Positions 61,910 to 64,000 of a DNA stretch of 64,000 nt are shown here, piece after piece; position 1 is the stretch's first letter, and every line of letters begins with the position of its first letter. The notes under the pieces are model-generated. The model worked only from the letters and a program-made list of their open reading frames with translations. It ran no database searches and was not told where the DNA came from. The stretch lies in assembly GCF_040938485.1 (NCBI RefSeq), contig NW_027272364.1, positions 62,001 through 126,000 on the forward strand, written 5' to 3'. Origin of the DNA: Diadema antillarum. Lineage: Eukaryota. The translations under genes and the position numbers were made by a program.

Positions 61910-62420
61910 GTGGGGGTGAGAGGGAGGGGCGTCATTGAAGGATATCGGCTTTAGCGGGCGAAGAACTTGTCTTTTAAGCTTCTCAATTCGATTTTCATGT
62001 TATTAAACGACAAAATGGAAAAGAAAAATAGCCCACATAGACGTACTTCCAGTGTTCCGATTTTAACGTCAATAACGAGCTTGAAATGTTCTTTTCGACA
62101 TCTGTTATGTATGTTTCATTTTACCGTAAAGAAGTGCAATTAAAGGAACGACAAAAAGAAAGCTGATTAATTTACGAGAGTATACTGTACACTATAGACC
62201 TACTTACAACTTTGTTCATATTTGCTGCAGTTGGTTCCACCTCGGCACGCCCTTGGTTGTGCACCTCAACGAGCTCTGCGATCTCCCCAGCCGCCAAGGC
62301 CGGCACCAGCTCTGCGTCGCTGTACCCTCCTTCATGGTAGGCCAGTGAGCATGGTACCCACCACACCATCAGCATGGAGCAATATACACCAAACATGCCC
62401 AACAAAATTAAACTTCCCAT
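34332..62420 (-). CDS. 22-exon gene for a secreted mosaic protein (1,141 aa): signal peptide - CAP/SCP - EGF-like/cbEGF array with S/T/P linker - ShKT - 3x group-A SRCR - farnesoic-acid O-methyltransferase-like domain
   Basis: Manual splicing with GT-AG sites and consistent intron phases gives 3,426 nt, with no internal stop and TAA at 34334-34332. Exons are listed individually below. Confidence 0.85.
36040..36210 (-). CDS. Exon 21: Methyltransf_FA-like domain, N-terminal half
   Basis: [14 protein letters not shown]...MYEL; TAG acceptor, G|GTGAGA donor, phase 1-1. Confidence 0.85.
37161..37395. mobile_element. ~235-bp Harbinger-like MITE
   Basis: TIRs (G)GGTCCGTTTCAT / ATGAAACAGACCC, CWG-type flanks (CAG/CTG). 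Confidence 0.55.
37511..37973. mobile_element. ~460-bp MITE (Harbinger-like)
   Basis: Left GGCTCTAATTCACGAAGG..GGTATTGAAACCATG matches the reverse complement of right CATGGTTTCAATACCCTTCGTGAATTCGGGCCC. Confidence 0.6.
38691..38892 (-). CDS. Exon 20: SRCR3 second half
   Basis: VVCKQLGF...[10 protein letters not shown]...C...[13 protein letters not shown]; phase 0-1. Confidence 0.9.
39547..39671 (-). CDS. Exon 19: SRCR3 first half
   Basis: LRLADG..EGRVEI...[15 protein letters not shown]; phase 1-0. Confidence 0.9.
41089..41302 (-). CDS. Exon 18: SRCR2 second half
   Basis: VACKQLGF...[24 protein letters not shown]; phase 0-1. Confidence 0.9.
41444..41524 (-). mobile_element. RTE-type LINE 3' stub
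   Basis: Reads [15 protein letters not shown] (DRxxW motif), followed by a (TAAGTC/T)n tail. Confidence 0.5.
41848..41972 (-). CDS. Exon 17: SRCR2 first half; absent from the ORF track
   Basis: [42 protein letters not shown]; CAG acceptor, GTAAAC donor. Confidence 0.9.
42525..43669 (-). mobile_element. ~1.15-kb non-autonomous Helentron (DINE-1/HINE-like)
   Basis: 5' subTIR TATGCCTCCGCC inside a palindrome, then (GTCC)n (43583-43618), a TGACCTTTGACC-rich interior, 3' subTIR GGTGGAGGCATA, stem-loop GTCGC-CATA-GCGAC and end ATTTCTAG-TTTT. Confidence 0.8.
44698..44908 (-). CDS. Exon 16: SRCR1 second half
   Basis: VVCRQLNIG...[26 protein letters not shown]; phase 0-1. Confidence 0.9.
45413..45540 (-). 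CDS. Exon 15: SRCR1 first half
   Basis: [27 protein letters not shown]; phase 1-0. Confidence 0.9.
45672..46667. mobile_element. ~1-kb PIF/Harbinger-like non-autonomous element
   Basis: TIRs AGCCTCTCTTACATCCCGTCGTGCGTG / CACGCACGACCGGATGTAAGAGAGCCT, perfect TAA TSD (45669-45671, 46668-46670), interior rich in CGTAAG/CGTGC motifs. Confidence 0.8.
47247..47772. mobile_element. Degenerate TTAA-type MITE
   Basis: Left TTAAAGTCACCCCTGA and right TCAGGGTGGAATTCCCC(A)TTTA; a similar right end occurs at ~1019-1039. Confidence 0.35.
47877..47981 (-). CDS. Exon 14: ShKT (ShK toxin-like) domain; absent from the ORF track
   Basis: [34 protein letters not shown] (6 Cys, terminal CPxxCxxC); TAG acceptor, A|GTAAGT donor, 105 nt, phase 1-1. 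Confidence 0.85.
48612..49217. mobile_element. Dimer of abutting, inverted Tc1/mariner-like MITE copies (deleted copy 48612-48777, full copy 48778-49217)
   Basis: CAGT..GTCCCAAAA..TTACAA-type TIRs at all four ends and TA on both outer flanks. 48650-48770 is the reverse complement of 48790-48905. Confidence 0.75.
49675..49767 (-). CDS. Exon 13: EGF-like
   Basis: [31 protein letters not shown]; 93 nt, phase 1-1. Confidence 0.9.
50502..50627 (-). CDS. Exon 12: EGF-like
   Basis: [12 protein letters not shown]...[16 protein letters not shown]; 126 nt, phase 1-1; donor GTGTGT is weaker. Confidence 0.8.
50821..50938 (+). mobile_element. RTE/RTE-X LINE 3' stub
   Basis: [27 protein letters not shown] (L..DTG...AM.DR..W motif), followed by a TAAGCAAG repeat tail. 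Confidence 0.65.
51725..51970. mobile_element. Internally repetitive foldback MITE remnant, copy 1
   Basis: Right end TCGTGGGTGTCGAACCCGTGACGTGCA; left part GACACCCACGAGTCATACAG is its reverse complement. Shared with 53110-53511. Confidence 0.5.
52226..52321 (-). CDS. Exon 11: atypical 4-Cys module
   Basis: [32 protein letters not shown]; good acceptor (TTCCCAACAG), G|GTAAAT donor, 96 nt, phase 1-1. Confidence 0.7.
53110..53511. mobile_element. Internally repetitive foldback MITE remnant, copy 2
   Basis: Repeated GAGTCATACAG / GTTCGACACT / CCCATGAG units; right end TCGTGGGTGTCGAACTCGTGACGTGCAC. Confidence 0.5.
53525..53629 (-). CDS. Exon 10: EGF-like
   Basis: [34 protein letters not shown]; 105 nt, phase 1-1. 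Confidence 0.88.
54612..54740 (-). CDS. Exon 9: calcium-binding EGF
   Basis: DIDEC...C.N.PGSYRC..CP.GF; 129 nt, phase 1-1. Confidence 0.92.
54755..54843. repeat. Inverted duplication of a tRNA/SINE T-arm fragment forming an 89-nt hairpin
   Basis: 26-bp arms ACTCGAGCAGGATTCGAACCTACGAC / GTCGTAGGTTCAAATCCTGCTCGAGT (1 mismatch), each with a B-box-like GGTTCRAATCC. Confidence 0.8.
55559..55939 (-). CDS. Exon 8: cbEGF + Ser/Thr/Pro-rich linker + EGF-like
   Basis: [26 protein letters not shown]...[10 protein letters not shown]...[16 protein letters not shown]; 381 nt, phase 1-1. Confidence 0.92.
56385..57052. mobile_element. 668-bp foldback MITE (Tc1/mariner-like, TA TSD) with a central (GT)n loop
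   Basis: TIR CCGGGTGTCCCAAAAAAAGCGGAACGGTGGATTTTCAGTACCTTGCG; arms stay complementary for ~290 bp up to the (GT)n tract at ~56703-56760. Confidence 0.9.
57412..57528 (-). CDS. Exon 7: EGF-like
   Basis: CILKCGDP...[20 protein letters not shown]; 117 nt, phase 1-1. Confidence 0.85.
57942..58073 (-). CDS. Exon 6: Cys-rich/EGF-like
   Basis: [43 protein letters not shown]; 132 nt, phase 1-1. Confidence 0.82.
58507..58604 (-). CDS. Exon 5: CAP hinge
   Basis: [19 protein letters not shown]; phase 2-1. Confidence 0.88.
59164..59285 (-). CDS. Exon 4: CAP domain
   Basis: FTWA..EEIGCA..LC....YYWKCNYYP (CAP IGC and CNYxP motifs); phase 0-2. Confidence 0.9.
59827..59946 (-). CDS. Exon 3: CAP domain; absent from the ORF track
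   Basis: [40 protein letters not shown]; TTACAG acceptor, GTGAGT donor, phase 0-0. Confidence 0.85.
60556..60787. mobile_element. CACTA-like MITE
   Basis: CACTAGAGGAGACT ... AGTCTCCGCTAGTTG termini with subterminal GGAGAC/GTCTCC motifs; TSD imperfect. Confidence 0.55.
61126..61248 (-). CDS. Exon 2: CAP domain; absent from the ORF track
   Basis: [41 protein letters not shown]; CCAG acceptor, GTATGC donor, phase 0-0. Confidence 0.85.
62208..62420 (-). CDS. Exon 1: signal peptide + start of CAP domain
   Basis: Hydrophobic [27 protein letters not shown], then [22 protein letters not shown] (HNxxR..AxNM motif); GTAAGT donor. Confidence 0.88.
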
Positions 62421-64000
62421 ATTTTTACTTATGTACACCACCAAAACTGAAAAATCTAATGCAAGATCCGTTAAAAATGCGAAAAATAATCTGTAAACTA
62501 AATTAACCAGAACAATAAGGTGAAATTAACTGAAAAAGAAAATAAAAAAGGGAAGAGGTGAACCGTGCTTCAGAAGCTACGGCCTGCTCACGGCGAATTC
62601 CGGAAACCAGACTGGCGGCAAATAGACAGGTTCCGCGATGTACGCATTCTTTTCTTTCTTTCTCTCTTTTTGCATGCTTTCTTCACAAAAGCTGCTCTTG
62701 ACAACCACAAAGCTTGTCGGAGCCTTGCCCTACTTAGCAACAACCAAATGAATTCTTGGCATTGGAACTAAATTGGAGGGAACAGGTTGATGGAATACTT
62801 TGTTACTAGGCTGTAGGAAAAGACACATCCATATTGTAATACATTACAGACACAGTCTATTGAATATGATACGCGCTAACCGCGTCATCATTATAAAAGA
62901 AGAAAGGGAAAGAAAGAATGAGAGGGAGATGTAGAGCAAGAAAATAACTTGGTTCATTAGTTCTCAGTCATTGGCGACCATACACGGATTACGAGTTCGA
63001 CGGTCTACACGAAAGAAAAAATTGCGAAAAAATCAGGAGGCAACGAACTTGATGAGCTGGAGCAGAAGAGAGTGTACGGGTATCAAGACCAGTGGAAAGA
63101 CTCGGGCTTGAGATGTCAAGCATTTCTGTAATATATTCAAATTCCATGCATGCTTGGTTCACTCTAGATTGCGTCATGGATCTCATACTACACACGGAGA
63201 CATATACATTGCTCGTTAATCTCACCTGTTTCCGTCAAAAGCGTTACAATAAGATTTTAAACCTGCACATGCCCTCTTGCTGTTATCTCATCATAACCAC
63301 CGACGGCTGCGTGCAGCCTGAATAGGAACAAGACAGCGGTTTGAGAAATCTACAAACTACACATGCGCAGAAGATGATACGCTCTCAAATCAAGAAAAAA
63401 TGTATAAGTGCACCAGTTGTTGTGAATATTGGGAAATCATCGCTCAGACAACTTTATTTGCGAAATGCTCCTATACTTTACGAAAGAAAACCAAATTATG
63501 CTGGCAGGCTGATTGTGATTTGTAATTTATTTTTCATATTTAGTTTCGCACATTGTTTCAGAGTAACCACAGAAAGTAACAGGTGATACAGCTGACACGT
63601 ATGTCTTATACATTATGTCGTATAATTATAACATGCGTGTTCACAAAACAAGTTAGTGTCCACTTTAATAATTACCAATTTTGTGACACAAAATCTGTCA
63701 TGTTTTGAGGTTGTGCTACCCCTATATTGGTTCAAGATTCAAGATTCAAATTTATTTTCACTTCCATCAAATAAACAAAGAATATATACAATGCATATGC
63801 ACATGATATTTGTAATAATTGCAGAATGTGATTTAAAAATCATGAAAATGAGTAGCAGATGAAAAAAACCATATTATCATCTTTGTTAATATATACCTAA
63901 AGCATATAATAGGCCTATAAGCTAACTAAGAATGGGGATGGAAATGGATTTGGTGTTTATTCGAAGGCAGTAGGCCTAGAGTCTTGAAAAGGCACTTAGC

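Noticed and set aside
62989-63325. Short ORFs upstream of the CAP gene
   Set aside because: No motifs or clear splice sites; cannot be supported as coding.

Overview
Eukaryotic, AT-rich, intron-containing animal DNA, most likely an echinoderm or similar marine invertebrate (inferred from gene families and repeat types, not proven). It holds three main items. (1) A frameshifted CR1/L2-type LINE (APE + RT) on the minus strand at ~1.9-5.7 kb. (2) A giant sacsin-like gene on the plus strand (7060-23629, ~4,280 codons: three HATPase/SRR repeats, J domain, HEPN). It is nearly intact but carries five lesions: one poly-A frameshift, three in-frame stops (TGA, TAA, TAG) and a 569-bp TTAA-MITE inside the coding exon, whose precise removal restores the frame. 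(3) A convergent 22-exon minus-strand gene (62420->34332) that I could splice by hand into an open 1,141-aa secreted mosaic protein: signal peptide - CAP/SCP - EGF-like/cbEGF x8 with a Ser/Thr/Pro linker - ShKT - 3x group-A SRCR - farnesoic-acid-O-methyltransferase-like domain. Introns and intergenic DNA carry many non-autonomous DNA transposons (Kolobok/T2-, CACTA-, Harbinger-, Tc1/mariner-, hAT- and Helentron-like), RTE LINE 3' stubs, tRNA-derived sequences, a 117-bp minisatellite and microsatellites. No rRNA, CRISPR or prokaryotic features were found. All splice models and family assignments were made by eye and need computational confirmation.
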